Assembly: GCA_002011815.1 (NCBI GenBank)
Contig: MTOV01000015.1
Location: 1,405-65,404 of the forward strand
Direction: 5' to 3'
Length of the DNA: 64,000 nucleotides
Source of the DNA: Nitrospirae bacterium JdFR-86
GTDB taxonomy: Bacteria > Nitrospirota > Thermodesulfovibrionia > Thermodesulfovibrionales > JdFR-86
In this document: positions 17,536 through 28,106 of the stretch, piece after piece
Position numbering within the stretch: position 1 is the first letter of the stretch
Layout: the number at the start of each line of letters is the position of its first letter
Program-made: the position numbers and the translations under genes
Notes under the pieces: model-generated
Told to the model about the DNA's origin: nothing
Seen by the model: the letters and a program-made list of their open reading frames with translations, nothing else
The model's database searches: none

Positions 17536-19215
17536 ATGCCGTCAATAACCGTTCTCCCTGATGAACTCAAGAACAAGATAGCCGCAGGTGAGGTCGTGGA
17601 AAGACCTGCCTCTGTGGTCAAGGAGCTTGTTGAAAACTCCATAGATGCCGGAAGCACAGCCATAGAGCTTGAAGTGCTTTACGGTGGCAGAAGGCTTATA
17701 AGGGTTTCAGACAACGGCGTTGGCATGGACAAGGATGACGCTTTCTTATGCCTTCAGAGGCATGCTACCAGCAAGCTTCATACAGAGGACGACCTTTTTA
17801 ATATAAGAACAATGGGCTTCCGGGGTGAAGCGCTGCCGTCTATAGCATCGGTTTCAAAGCTTACGCTTATCACTGCTCCGAAGGGTTCTTCATCCGGCGT
17901 CTCTGTAGAGGTAATCGGCGGTGAAATAAAAGAGATAAAAGATGCGCCCTCAAACGGAACGTCCGTAGAGGTCAGAGACCTGTTTTTCAACACGCCGGCG
18001 AGAAAAAAGTTTCTCAAGAAAGACAGCACTGAACTTATGCACATCATAGACACTGTTACCAGACTTTCGCTTTCACACCCTGAGATCAGGTTTAACCTGA
18101 AGGCAGAGGGACAGGAAACTATAGCTCTTCCGAGGGCTTCAAGCCTCAGGGAAAGACTTATGCAGGTTTACGGGAGCGAATTCCTCGAAGGGCTTGTGGA
18201 GTTTGAAAATGAGACCAGCGGGCTGAAAATTAATGCATTCGTGTCAAAGACCGACAACCTCAGAAGCACAAGGGCACACCAGTTTGTCTTCGTAAATAAA
18301 AGACCTGTAAAGGACTCCTCAGTCTCCCATGCCGTCTACAGTGCGCTTGAAGGCGTAATACCGCAGGGAAGGCATCCGATTTATTTTATCTTTCTTGAGG
18401 TTGACCCGCGTAAGGTGGATTTCAATGTGCATCCCACAAAGCGTGAGATAAGGTTTGAGGACAAGGAGGTCGTTTACCGGTTTATAAAAAGAAGTGTAAT
18501 GGATGCCGTAAGAGCAGGATTCAGACCCAGTGATGTAAAAGTATCCGTAAACGTTCCGGAGTCCACCGAAGATGCTGTTTATGCACCGACTCCGGAGAAG
18601 GTTTTCCCTGTTAAAGAACCTCAGGCCGAATTGACAACTATTCCCCTTGCGTATAAGACAGAACTGCCTTTTATTTACCTTGGAGATACGTTCATAGCTT
18701 TTTCTGAGGGGGAAGGTCTTACGCTCATAGACCACCATGCGGCACATGAACGCATTTTATACGAGAAGTTTCTGAAAGGGATTGATTTGGAGAGTCACCA
18801 GCTTTTGTTTCCGAGGCAGGTAAGGCTGAGCCCAAAGGAGTATATGGTCATACTCGAAAACAGGGACATCCTTGCTTCGTTTGGCATAGAGCTTGATGAT
18901 TTCGGTCATGACACTGTGGTTGTCCGTTCCTTGCCTGATGTCATGAATGAGGCGGATTTAAGAGGAATACTCTCTGATGTTGCGCAGGAAATACTTGACG
19001 GGATAAAGCCAGGGCAGTCGCTGAAAGAGGCGCTTGCCGCGCGTATTGCATGCCACCGTTCAATCAGGGGCAGGAAGATACTCAGCAGTGAAGGGCTTGA
19101 TGCTCTGCTTAGGGACCTGTCCAACGCTGACGACCCTGAACACTGTCCTCACGGAAGACCTACGAAGATCTTTCTTTCGCTGGATGAACTCAAAAAGATG
19201 TTTGGGAGGAAATAA
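17536..19215 (+). CDS. mutL: DNA mismatch repair protein MutL
   Basis: IAAGEVVERPASVVKELVENSIDAG, GFRGEAL, and the C-terminal dimerisation region with CPHGRP. Confidence 0.95.
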   Translation: MPSITVLPDELKNKIAAGEVVERPASVVKELVENSIDAGSTAIELEVLYGGRRLIRVSDNGVGMDKDDAFLCLQRHATSKLHTEDDLFNIRTMGFRGEALPSIASVSKLTLITAPKGSSSGVSVEVIGGEIKEIKDAPSNGTSVEVRDLFFNTPARKKFLKKDSTELMHIIDTVTRLSLSHPEIRFNLKAEGQETIALPRASSLRERLMQVYGSEFLEGLVEFENETSGLKINAFVSKTDNLRSTRAHQFVFVNKRPVKDSSVSHAVYSALEGVIPQGRHPIYFIFLEVDPRKVDFNVHPTKREIRFEDKEVVYRFIKRSVMDAVRAGFRPSDVKVSVNVPESTEDAVYAPTPEKVFPVKEPQAELTTIPLAYKTELPFIYLGDTFIAFSEGEGLTLIDHHAAHERILYEKFLKGIDLESHQLLFPRQVRLSPKEYMVILENRDILASFGIELDDFGHDTVVVRSLPDVMNEADLRGILSDVAQEILDGIKPGQSLKEALAARIACHRSIRGRKILSSEGLDALLRDLSNADDPEHCPHGRPTKIFLSLDELKKMFGRK

Positions 19216-19219
19216 GCCG

Positions 19220-20143
19220 GTGTTCTCAAAAGCACGCAAGACCACCTTTATAATCCTTTTTTTCATTTTGACTCTTATCCCTGTTTATTCCTATGCCATG
19301 CCTGAGTATGCCAGCAGAACCGGTGCGGGCTGTAAGACCTGCCATGTTAAGGCAGAGGGCGGCGCCCTTACAACCAGAGGGCTTCAGTATGCGGCATCAG
19401 GCTACAAGTGGCCGCCTCAGGGCGGCTACAAGGTGCTTGGTCCTATGGGGAAATTCGTAAGACTCCTGACAGGCTTTTTCCATGTTGTGGCTGCATTCAT
19501 ATGGTTTGGAACGATACTGTATGTGCATATTATTTTGAGGCCTGCCTATGCCTCAAGAGGCTTGCCTAAAGGGGAAGCTGCTCTGGGGATTGTTTCGATG
19601 GCTGTTGTAGGTGTTACGGGCATATTGCTTGTGGTGTCGAGGATAAGAAGCATAGATGTGTTTTATAAGAGCCTCTGGGGCGTGCTCCTTTCCGTAAAGA
19701 TTGCCCTTTATCTGGTAATGGTGCTTTCTGCTTTGGTAGTCATCGTGTTTGTAGGTCCCCGGCTCAGGAAAGGTGTAAAGCGGGCCTCATTGCCTCAGGA
19801 TGGAGTTTTTGACCCTGTGACCCTTTCGGGCTTTGATGGAAAAGAGGGAACGCCTGCCTATATCGCTTATAAGGGAAAGGTCTATGATGTAAGCGGTCTT
19901 AAGCTCTGGAAGGGCGGGTTGCATATGAGGCACCGTTCAGGAGAAGACCTCACGACTGCCCTGCCAAAGGCGCCTCACGGAGAGGAAAAGCTTGAAACCC
20001 TAAAGGTTGTCGGCTCTTATGATGCGTCGTTGAAGCCTCCACGAAGCCCTGCCCAGAAGGCGTTTTATTTTATCGCTTATATGAACCTCGCGTTGGTCTT
20101 TGCCGTGCTTTTCGTCATCTCTTTCTGGCGATGGGGGATATGA
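19220..20143 (+). CDS. membrane protein with one CxxCH haem-c motif and a C-terminal cytochrome b5-like haem/steroid-binding domain
   Basis: GTG at 19220, just after the mutL stop. Signal/TM segment, CKTCH, four TM helices, then FDGKEGTPAYIAYKGKVYDVS (b5-like). Confidence 0.6.
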   Translation: MFSKARKTTFIILFFILTLIPVYSYAMPEYASRTGAGCKTCHVKAEGGALTTRGLQYAASGYKWPPQGGYKVLGPMGKFVRLLTGFFHVVAAFIWFGTILYVHIILRPAYASRGLPKGEAALGIVSMAVVGVTGILLVVSRIRSIDVFYKSLWGVLLSVKIALYLVMVLSALVVIVFVGPRLRKGVKRASLPQDGVFDPVTLSGFDGKEGTPAYIAYKGKVYDVSGLKLWKGGLHMRHRSGEDLTTALPKAPHGEEKLETLKVVGSYDASLKPPRSPAQKAFYFIAYMNLALVFAVLFVISFWRWGI

Positions 20144-20191
20144 TTCATCTTGATTGTTGACATCCCTGTAGGTTTCCAGCCGTGCGTGCCT

Positions 20192-21172
20192 TTAAATCAA
20201 CCCCATTGCTTCTCTTACGAGGCTCATGGTTTGCTCTGCTGTTTTCCGTGCTTTTTCAGTCCCTTTGTCTATGGCTTCCTGGAGGACGTCAGGGTTGTTT
20301 ATGAGTTTTTGTCGTTTTTCCCATATAGGTTCAAGGGTTTTAAAGACGTTCTTTATGAGTATCTGTTTGCAATCCAGGCATCCTATGGCTGCGGTTCTGC
20401 AGCCGTGTGCAACCTCTTCTTGCTCTTCCTGTGTGGAGAATATTTTATGGAGCTGAAATACAGGTGAAAGTTCAGGGTCTCCTTTGTCGGTTCTTCTTTT
20501 TCTTGCAGGGTCTGTCATCATGGTCTTGATTTTCTTTTCGACTACATCAGGCGGGTCGCTCAGGTATATGGCATTGTCGTAGCTCTTGCTCATTTTTCTT
20601 CCGTCTGTGCCAGGCACTTTCGGAAACTCTGTAAGAAGCCCTTCTGGCTCAGGAAAGACTTTTTTGTAAAGATAGTTGAATCTTCTTGCAATCTCTCTTG
20701 TTATTTCAAGGTGCGGAAGCTGGTCTATGCCCACAGGAACATAGTCTGCCCTGTAAATCAGTATGTCAGCTGACTGCAATACAGGATAGCCTAAAAACCC
20801 GTAGGTATTAAGGTCTTTGTCTTTGAGTTCTTCTTTTTTCTCCTTGTAAGTAGGGACTCTTTCGAGCCATCCGAGCGGGGTTATCATGCTTAAGAGGATA
20901 TGAAGCTCTGCGTGCTCAAGCACTCTTGACTGAAGGAATATGGTGCACTTGTCCGGGTCCAGGCCGGCTGACAGAAAGTTTATCAGAAGGTCTGTAGTGC
21001 TTTCTTTTAATGCCTGTGGCTCTGTATATCCTGTTGTGAGAGCGTGCCAGTCGGCTACAAAATAATAACATTCGTATTTATCCTGAAGCCTTACCCAATT
21101 GCTCAGTGCACCTACAAAGTTTCCGATGTGGAGTTTTCCGCTTGCCTGCATTCCGCTTAAGACCCTCTGCAT
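20192..21172 (-). CDS. trpS: tryptophan--tRNA ligase
   Basis: HIGN (HIGH) and KMSKS motifs at class I TrpS size. Confidence 0.95.
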   Translation of the reverse strand: MQRVLSGMQASGKLHIGNFVGALSNWVRLQDKYECYYFVADWHALTTGYTEPQALKESTTDLLINFLSAGLDPDKCTIFLQSRVLEHAELHILLSMITPLGWLERVPTYKEKKEELKDKDLNTYGFLGYPVLQSADILIYRADYVPVGIDQLPHLEITREIARRFNYLYKKVFPEPEGLLTEFPKVPGTDGRKMSKSYDNAIYLSDPPDVVEKKIKTMMTDPARKRRTDKGDPELSPVFQLHKIFSTQEEQEEVAHGCRTAAIGCLDCKQILIKNVFKTLEPIWEKRQKLINNPDVLQEAIDKGTEKARKTAEQTMSLVREAMGLI

Positions 21173-21182
21173 TGAACCCTCC

Positions 21183-21851
21183 TTAAATTATTCTTAAGAG
21201 AGCCAGAAACAGACTGACTAACGGACTTATAAAGTATCTTGCTAGTCCAGTTGCAATAAGTATTATAACTATAAACATGCCGTAAGGCTCAATTCTGCTG
21301 AGCATTGCCGCCTGCCTTAATGGAAGAATTCCGACGAGGACTCTTCCGCCGTCAAGGGGAGGAATAGGCATAAGATTAAAAGATGCAAGCACTACATTTA
21401 TAACAATGCTTGAAGTAAGCATCATGTTAAGCGGCTTTAAGACAGTTAGTACTACGGATTCGGGTAGCAGAGCTGCTGCCGGAAGAAGAACGAATTTTAT
21501 TAGGAGCAGGCTTACCATGGCAAGCAGTATATTGGTCAGAGGTCCTGCTGCGGCTGATATAGCCGTGTCCCTTTTCGGGTCTTTGAAATTATACGGGTTT
21601 ATGGGGACAGGCTTTGCATATCCGAAGACGAACTGGCCGTTTGTAAATACCAGAAGGAGAAACGGCATGAGAATTGTTCCGAACAGGTCTATATGTGCAA
21701 TGGGATTCAGAGTGAGTCTTCCCAATGCTTTTGCGGTCCGGTCTCCGAGTTTATATGCAACAAAGCCGTGGGCAACCTCATGAAACGTGATTGCAACGAG
21801 AATCGGTACTGCCGATATGGCTATCTGTCTTAATACACCTGAAATGTCCAA
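21183..21851 (-). CDS. site-2 protease family (M50) membrane metalloprotease
   Basis: HEVAHG zinc motif, polytopic, and NLMPIPPLDGG motif. Confidence 0.85.
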   Translation of the reverse strand: MDISGVLRQIAISAVPILVAITFHEVAHGFVAYKLGDRTAKALGRLTLNPIAHIDLFGTILMPFLLLVFTNGQFVFGYAKPVPINPYNFKDPKRDTAISAAAGPLTNILLAMVSLLLIKFVLLPAAALLPESVVLTVLKPLNMMLTSSIVINVVLASFNLMPIPPLDGGRVLVGILPLRQAAMLSRIEPYGMFIVIILIATGLARYFISPLVSLFLALLRII

Positions 21852-21860
21852 GTATACAAC

Positions 21861-23525
21861 CTACTCAGGATTCAGTATCCTGTCTATAACGGTTCTTGCC
21901 ACTACAAGCGGGTCTATGAAGGAGTTGTCCATATCCTGGTCGATGTCCCTTTTGTTTGAAAGATAGGTGATTCTGTCCTGCATTCTGTCTCTCAGAAAAC
22001 GCAGATACTCAGGGTTCCTTGTAGGTTTGTATTTTTTGTCGTAGTCAGACCCAAAGAGTTCATTCCCGTTTTTAGGAAGCATAAGCCCTGTAAATGTGCG
22101 CCATTCCCTCCACTCGATTCTTTCTCTTACGAGTTCAGTCACTATGGACAGGGAGAGTTCTTTCGGAATGTCTATGAGCGAGCCTGGAAGTCCGAACGCA
22201 TGCGTGTTCATGATATAACATTCACAGCCCATCTTAAAGAGTTTCTTGAACTGCTGGCAATCCTCAAGCAGCGGATGAACTCTGAACGGGTTTGCAAACG
22301 GCTCTATGACGAGTTTTTCAAGCTCTTTCGGGTCTACGTTTTCAACGCCTTTTGCCCGCATCGTACTTAGCGAAGCTCCCATTGCAACGGCGAGAGAACT
22401 GCCGTTTACCTTGCAGATTGGCGGCAGACTTGTGTCCTTCTGAAGCCATATAACCTTGCCTGGTCTTTCGCAGAAATCAGCATGTTTGAACATATCCCGT
22501 GATTTAATGCATCTTCCGTTGTCGTTTCTTATATCTTCTGCCACGATTCTTCTTGAGCCGTCAGGCATTTGCGTAACCGCAACGTTTTGTGCCGAATAAA
22601 AATACTTTATAATCGGGTCGTTGAACTTTACTGCGTCGGTTTTGTCAAACAGTGAAGGTTCAAGCGCTACTGTAAAGTTATTTTCGAGATCTATAAGGAA
22701 GGCGTCGTCATGGATAACAGTGACTTTTTCACTTTTCTTTAGTGTGCCTTCGTGGTCAAGGCTGTTCGTTATGGAGGATTTTCCAGAGCCTGAAAGTCCG
22801 AATACAGCGATAGGAGGTTTGTTGCCTATCTTTTTGATTCCTCCGTGACAGGCAACCATGTTCTGTCTTACGCCTATTGTCCATGCGAGTGTGAGTGTGC
22901 CCTTCTTTCTTTCACCGAAGTATCTTAGTCCGAGTATGGCAATGTTGTTTTCCATTTCATCTATGATGACGAGCCCGTTAGGAAATTCAGGATGACGCCA
23001 TTCAGGGTCTGCAAACACCAGTATGTCAGGCTCATCGAGCTTGCGGGATTTTTTATACAGGTCAGACCACGGCTTCATAAACGGTGTGAAGTTTATGCCC
23101 CAGTCAAGCATGTTCTTTGCGTCGGTCTCCGGGCTAAGGAGATGTGCTTTTACCATGAAATCAGGATGCAGTCCCACGATTCCTTCAAGCCACAGGCACG
23201 GACGCCTGTTCATCTGGTAGACTGCCTCTTTCAGAATGCCCTGAAACTTGTCACTTTCTGCCTTTGTAAACTCTCTTACCAGCCGTCTTGCCCTTGCTGT
23301 TCTGCCTACGATACCTCCGTCGTTTGAGACGAGTATTTTTGCGCTTTTTGGCAGTCCAAACTGTTCAGGCTTGTGCATCGGCTCAGAAGTTATCATGACT
23401 TCAGGCTGTTTAAGTGCAAGCTTGTAAAGTTCAGCCATTGTGGTCTTTCTTACTGAGTTTGCAAAAAACGCACTCTCTAAGATTGCTCTCCAGGGTGACC
23501 CCGGTATTTTCCAGACAGAAGCCAT
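21861..23525 (-). CDS. divergent ATP-dependent phosphoenolpyruvate carboxykinase-like protein
   Basis: The P-loop FGLSGSGKSS aligns with PckA GLSGTGKTT. The downstream VIHDDAF segment aligns with GDDEHGW. Size is about 550 aa. Confidence 0.55.
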   Translation of the reverse strand: MASVWKIPGSPWRAILESAFFANSVRKTTMAELYKLALKQPEVMITSEPMHKPEQFGLPKSAKILVSNDGGIVGRTARARRLVREFTKAESDKFQGILKEAVYQMNRRPCLWLEGIVGLHPDFMVKAHLLSPETDAKNMLDWGINFTPFMKPWSDLYKKSRKLDEPDILVFADPEWRHPEFPNGLVIIDEMENNIAILGLRYFGERKKGTLTLAWTIGVRQNMVACHGGIKKIGNKPPIAVFGLSGSGKSSITNSLDHEGTLKKSEKVTVIHDDAFLIDLENNFTVALEPSLFDKTDAVKFNDPIIKYFYSAQNVAVTQMPDGSRRIVAEDIRNDNGRCIKSRDMFKHADFCERPGKVIWLQKDTSLPPICKVNGSSLAVAMGASLSTMRAKGVENVDPKELEKLVIEPFANPFRVHPLLEDCQQFKKLFKMGCECYIMNTHAFGLPGSLIDIPKELSLSIVTELVRERIEWREWRTFTGLMLPKNGNELFGSDYDKKYKPTRNPEYLRFLRDRMQDRITYLSNKRDIDQDMDNSFIDPLVVARTVIDRILNPE

Positions 23526-23691
23526 CTTACCCTCCTCTTAAGGACTAACTTGATATCATAAAATTATACGCCTCAATATGTCAAATAAAACTTGTCATAT
23601 TAGCCACTTAGCCACTAATTTAACCACTAATTGGTTTTGGACAGGTGCATGCGATTGACAAAGCTTTTTGTTTTCCATTAATCTAAAATTG

Positions 23692-24933
23692 ATGCTTAAA
23701 ACAGTAGAGGATATCAGCGAGACTAAGAAACGTCTCAGGATTGAAATTCCCCCTGATGCCATAGAGAGAGAAATAAAAAATGCTCTCAACAGGCTAAGGG
23801 CGAAAACAAAGATACCCGGGTTTCGTCCTGGCAAGGCTCCAATAGCTCTTCTTGAAAAACGCTTCGGGAAAGAGGTTGAGACCGAAGCCATGGAAAGGAT
23901 AATCCCCGAGTACTATGCCAATGCATTAAGGGAAGCGAATATTACCCCTGTCTCCAACCCTGTGTTCGAGGAGGGTCTTGATTTCAAAAGAAACAGCCCC
24001 TTAAACATGACACTTCTCGTGGAGGTAAGACCTAAGATCGAAGGACTTAATTACAAGGGGATAAAAGTTAAGGACATTCCTGTAAGCGTTGAAGACTCTG
24101 ATGTTGAAGGCACACTAAAGAGACTTCAGGAAGAGAAAGCCACCTATGAACCTTCTGAAGAACCTGTTAAGACAGGCGACCTTGTTATCATTGACTACGA
24201 GATAAAAGAGGAAGGGAAGAAGTTTACAGACCAGGTCTTTAAGGTTGGAAGTGAACGCATGCTCAAAGAGTTTTCTGAAAAACTCATGGGCATGAAAAAA
24301 GGAGAAGACAAGGAGTTTGAGATTACATTCCCTGAAGACTTCCATGTGAAGGAGTTTGCAGGCAAAACCCTTGGTTTTAAGGTCTCACTGAAAGACGTAA
24401 AGAAAGTTAATCTTCCTCCGATAGATGACGAGCTTGCAAAGGATGTAGGGTTTGAAAGCCTTGATGCCTTAAAGGAACATATAAGAAAAGAAATATTGAA
24501 ATCGAAAGAAGATGCCGTCTCGAAGATTCTTAAGGCTGAAGTAGTGAAGAAGATTCTTGATGCTCATGAATTTGAGGCCCCGGAGTCGCTTGTGAACGAG
24601 GAGCTGCAGAGACTTGTGGATGAGGCTAGGGCAGGAGGCAGAACAGAGACAGAGGATGCCTTGAGGCAGGAGTTTTTGCCTGCTGCCAAAAGGCATGTCA
24701 GAGCGTCTATTCTTCTTCAGACGATAGGGGAAAAAGAAGGGATTAAGGTCACAGAAGACGATGTTAAGGAAAAAGTAAAAGTGCTTTCAGAGAAGCTTTC
24801 CCTTACGCCTGAAAACGTAATGAAATACTACATCACAAGGGACGGTTCGCTTGACGGACTCAGACATTCGATATTCGAGGAGAAAGTGCTGGACTTTCTG
24901 CTTGAACATGCAGAGGTAGAGAAAGGAGACTGA
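23692..24933 (+). CDS. tig: trigger factor
   Basis: Ribosome-binding GFRPGKAP motif, central FKBP-like region, and tig-clpP-clpX synteny. I preferred the ATG at 23692 over the TTG at 23668. Confidence 0.9.
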   Translation: MLKTVEDISETKKRLRIEIPPDAIEREIKNALNRLRAKTKIPGFRPGKAPIALLEKRFGKEVETEAMERIIPEYYANALREANITPVSNPVFEEGLDFKRNSPLNMTLLVEVRPKIEGLNYKGIKVKDIPVSVEDSDVEGTLKRLQEEKATYEPSEEPVKTGDLVIIDYEIKEEGKKFTDQVFKVGSERMLKEFSEKLMGMKKGEDKEFEITFPEDFHVKEFAGKTLGFKVSLKDVKKVNLPPIDDELAKDVGFESLDALKEHIRKEILKSKEDAVSKILKAEVVKKILDAHEFEAPESLVNEELQRLVDEARAGGRTETEDALRQEFLPAAKRHVRASILLQTIGEKEGIKVTEDDVKEKVKVLSEKLSLTPENVMKYYITRDGSLDGLRHSIFEEKVLDFLLEHAEVEKGD

Positions 24934-24935
24934 CT

Positions 24936-25529
24936 GTGAGCATAATTCCAATTGTTATAGAGCAGACCGGAAGAACCGAAAGGGCGTATGATATATACTC
25001 TAGGCTGCTTAAGGACAGGATAGTCTTTGTCGGCACTCCTATAGACGACAGTGTTGCCAATACAGTTATTGCCCAGCTTCTGTTTCTTCAGACCGAAGAC
25101 CCTGACAAGGACATACACTTGTATATAAATTCTCCGGGGGGTATAGTTTCTGCCGGTCTTGCCATATACGACACGATGCAGTATGTAAAGCCTGACATTG
25201 CCACTTACTGTATAGGTCAGGCGGCAAGCATGGGTGCACTGCTTCTGATGGCAGGCACAAAAGGCAAGAGGTTTGCACTTCCGCATTCAAGAGTGATGAT
25301 TCACCAGCCGATGGGCGGATTCCACGGACAGGCAGCAGACGTTGAAATCCATGCAAGAGAGATACTGAAGATGAAGGATACGCTTAACAGCATAATAGCT
25401 ACTCATACAGGACAGCCGATTGAAAAAATACAGGCGGATACGGACAGGGACTTTTTCATGACTGGTGAAGAGGCAAAGGCTTACGGCATTGTGGATGATG
25501 TCATTCGCAGCATAAAGGAAAAGAAGTAG
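24936..25529 (+). CDS. clpP: ATP-dependent Clp protease proteolytic subunit
   Basis: [16 protein letters not shown] (catalytic Ser) and MIHQP (His). Confidence 0.95.
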   Translation: MSIIPIVIEQTGRTERAYDIYSRLLKDRIVFVGTPIDDSVANTVIAQLLFLQTEDPDKDIHLYINSPGGIVSAGLAIYDTMQYVKPDIATYCIGQAASMGALLLMAGTKGKRFALPHSRVMIHQPMGGFHGQAADVEIHAREILKMKDTLNSIIATHTGQPIEKIQADTDRDFFMTGEEAKAYGIVDDVIRSIKEKK

Positions 25530-25540
25530 AGGTTTTTCAG

Positions 25541-26779
25541 ATGGCGAAAAAAGAAGACAACACGACATTTAAGTGTTCTTTCTGCGGCAGGGCTCAGGAA
25601 GAGGTGCGTAAGCTCATCGCAGGACCCACGGTGTATATATGCGATGAGTGCGTCGGGCTTTGCAATGAGATAATAGCGGATGAACTCCATGAAGACGTAA
25701 AAGAGCGTGTGCTGCCTAAGCTGCCGAACCCAAAGGAGATAAAAAGCTCTCTTGATGAGTATGTCATAGGGCAGGAGAAGGCAAAGAAGATACTGTCTGT
25801 CGCCGTATATAACCATTTCAAGAGGATATACTCACCCAAAGACCCTGACATGGAGATCCAGAAGAGCAACATTCTCCTGATAGGGCCTACGGGTACAGGC
25901 AAGACCCTTATGGCGCAGACCCTTGCCAGACTCCTTGATGTGCCGTTCACCATAGCCGATGCAACGACTCTTACAGAAGCAGGCTATGTCGGCGAAGACG
26001 TGGAGAACATAATACTTAAACTTCTTCAGGCAGCTGATTATGATGTGGAGCGCACACAGCGTGGAATAGTCTATATAGACGAGATAGACAAGATAAGCCG
26101 GAAGTCGGACAACCCCTCTATAACAAGAGATGTCTCAGGCGAGGGTGTTCAGCAGGCGCTTTTGAAACTGATAGAAGGCACAATAGCCAATATTCCTCCG
26201 CAGGGCGGCAGAAAGCACCCGCAGCAGGAATACATCCATGTGGATACAAGTAACATCCTCTTCATCTGCGGTGGTGCATTTGTCGGTCTTGAGGATGTAA
26301 TCGGACAGAGAACAGGTAAGAAAGTAGTCGGCTTTGGCACTTCACTGAAAAGCAGTGGACAGAAGAAAATCGGTGACATTCTCTCTCTGGTTGAGCCGCA
26401 GGACCTTATAAAATACGGCATGATACCGGAGTTCGTAGGCAGAATGCCTGTTATTGCCACCCTTGAAGAACTTGACGAGGAAGCACTTGTAAAAATCCTC
26501 ACAGAGCCTAAGAACTCTCTGGTAAAACAGTATCAGAGACTTCTTTCCCTTGACAACGTGCACCTGATGTTCACGGACGCCGCACTCAGGGCAGTGGCAA
26601 GAAAGGCTATCAAAAGGAAAGCCGGAGCCAGAGGCCTTAGGGCTATCCTCGAAGAGATAATGCTCGATGTTATGTATGAGATACCATCTCAGAAGGGTAT
26701 AAAAGAGTGCCTGATAAACGAAGACGTCATCGAGAAGAAAGGAAAGCCTATCCTGATATACGAGAAGCAGTCAGCCTGA
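25541..26779 (+). CDS. clpX: ATP-dependent Clp protease ATP-binding subunit ClpX
   Basis: Zinc finger CSFCG...CDEC, Walker [20 protein letters not shown] loop-type pore motif. Confidence 0.95.
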   Translation: MAKKEDNTTFKCSFCGRAQEEVRKLIAGPTVYICDECVGLCNEIIADELHEDVKERVLPKLPNPKEIKSSLDEYVIGQEKAKKILSVAVYNHFKRIYSPKDPDMEIQKSNILLIGPTGTGKTLMAQTLARLLDVPFTIADATTLTEAGYVGEDVENIILKLLQAADYDVERTQRGIVYIDEIDKISRKSDNPSITRDVSGEGVQQALLKLIEGTIANIPPQGGRKHPQQEYIHVDTSNILFICGGAFVGLEDVIGQRTGKKVVGFGTSLKSSGQKKIGDILSLVEPQDLIKYGMIPEFVGRMPVIATLEELDEEALVKILTEPKNSLVKQYQRLLSLDNVHLMFTDAALRAVARKAIKRKAGARGLRAILEEIMLDVMYEIPSQKGIKECLINEDVIEKKGKPILIYEKQSA

Positions 26780-26887
26780 AGAGACACAGCCTCTTTTAAA
26801 TCCGAGTTTGTCCTATCTGTGCGGTTGATTTTGCATTACAATTTTGGCAGACGCCTTTTATAATATAATGTCCATGCCCACCTGAAT

Positions 26888-26978
26888 GGAGGGGTGGCCG
26901 AGCGGTTGAAGGCGGCGGTCTTGAAAATCGCTGTAGGGTGACCCCCTACCGTGGGTTCGAATCCCACCCCCTCCGCCA
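26888..26978 (+). tRNA. tRNA-Ser (anticodon TGA)
   Basis: GGAGGGG/CCCCTCC acceptor stem, anticodon loop CTTGAAA, long variable arm, GGTTCGAATCC T-arm, G73, and encoded CCA. Confidence 0.9.
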
Positions 26979-27007
26979 CTGAGACTGTCTGAGGCGTGCG
27001 GTAGGAT

Positions 27008-28018
27008 TTACAATACACCAGCACTTATGATGTTCTGCGGACTGCCTGCCAGAAAACCAATTATATTCTGTGCAGTTGTCTCGATGATTCTCTCAAGTGC
27101 TTCCTTGCTGTAAAAGGCTATGTGAGGAGTAAACACGACGTTGTCGTTGTGCAGAAGAATATGGTCTTTGACGAGTTCGCCAAGAGCTTTTGATTTCTTT
27201 TTGTCGTACAGAAGCTGTTTTTCTTCTTTTATCAGTTTTTCTCCCTCAAGGACGTCGAGTCCTGCACCGGCAAGGATTTTTTTGTCAAGTGCTTCAATCA
27301 ACGCATCGGTCTCCACGACAGCGCCTCTTGAGGTGTTTATAAGAATCGCACCCCTTTTTATCAGTTTGATTGTATCCCTGTTGATAAGATGATGAGTATA
27401 TTTGTTGTATGGGACATGCAAGGTGATTATATCTGATTTCCTTAACAGCTCTTTAAGCGGGGCATATTTAAACCCCAAGACCTCTGCCAGAAAAAGGTTC
27501 TGGTTGACATCATAAGCCAGCACGTTCATCCCGAAGCTTTTGGCGATTCTGATTACATGCAAGCCAATGTGTCCTGCGCCGACTACACCAAGGGTCTTTT
27601 CCTTAAGGTCAAAGCCTTTAAGCCCTTCTATGGAGAAATCATTTCTCAGGGTTCTCATATACGATTTGTGAATGTTTCTTGACAGAGACAGAATCAGTGC
27701 AAAGGTGTGTTCAGCCACAGTGTTTTCTCCGTAGGACGGAACATTGCAGACAGCAATCTTTCTTTTTTTGCACTCCCTTATGTCAATGTGGTCGAACCCT
27801 GTTGACCTCGTGGCTATTAATTTCAGCCTCGGAAGGGCCTGAATAACCTGCTTGTCGGTCTTTGAATAAATGAAGACAGAGACGATGTCATAGTCTTTAA
27901 CCGTTTTTGCGTTTTCAGGGCTTAGCGGTTCTTTGAAAAACGAAAGAGAATGATCCTTAAGTGCCTTTTTAAGGTATTTTCTCTCCCACCCTTTAATTTC
28001 AAAGAAGGCGATGTTCAT
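27008..28018 (-). CDS. D-isomer-specific 2-hydroxyacid dehydrogenase (NAD-binding)
   Basis: GVVGAGHIGLHV Rossmann motif. Catalytic R/E/H layout (NTSRG, FTPHIAF). Confidence 0.85.
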   Translation of the reverse strand: MNIAFFEIKGWERKYLKKALKDHSLSFFKEPLSPENAKTVKDYDIVSVFIYSKTDKQVIQALPRLKLIATRSTGFDHIDIRECKKRKIAVCNVPSYGENTVAEHTFALILSLSRNIHKSYMRTLRNDFSIEGLKGFDLKEKTLGVVGAGHIGLHVIRIAKSFGMNVLAYDVNQNLFLAEVLGFKYAPLKELLRKSDIITLHVPYNKYTHHLINRDTIKLIKRGAILINTSRGAVVETDALIEALDKKILAGAGLDVLEGEKLIKEEKQLLYDKKKSKALGELVKDHILLHNDNVVFTPHIAFYSKEALERIIETTAQNIIGFLAGSPQNIISAGVL

Positions 28019-28106
28019 GGCGTTTTCCTCATCGATTTAAGTTAAGCGTAGCAGAAAAGGAGTGCTTTGGGAAGATGCTTTCTGTGCGTTCTGGTAAGAT
28101 ATATTC

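Noticed and set aside
19034-19219. Upstream part of the 369-aa ORF overlapping the mutL 3' end.
   Set aside because: It overlaps mutL by about 180 nt in another frame. The GTG at 19220 immediately after the mutL stop gives a sensible signal/TM start.
21861-23525. Possibility that the PEPCK-like protein is a novel kinase, because the DDEHGW metal/His motif reads IHDDAF.
   Set aside because: I cannot align reliably by eye and the overall layout fits PckA. I kept it as a divergent PEPCK-like protein with reduced confidence rather than reporting it as a finding.
23656-23690. Sigma-70-like TTGACA-N17-TTAATC upstream of tig.
   Set aside because: It would place the transcription start almost on the tig start codon. 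The -10 box is poor and this is not supportable by eye.
26836-27024. 62-aa ORF containing GVGFEPT; likewise 49422-49772 containing MGIEPT.
   Set aside because: These are antisense translations of the tRNA T-arm (GGTTCGAATCC), a classic tRNA shadow ORF.
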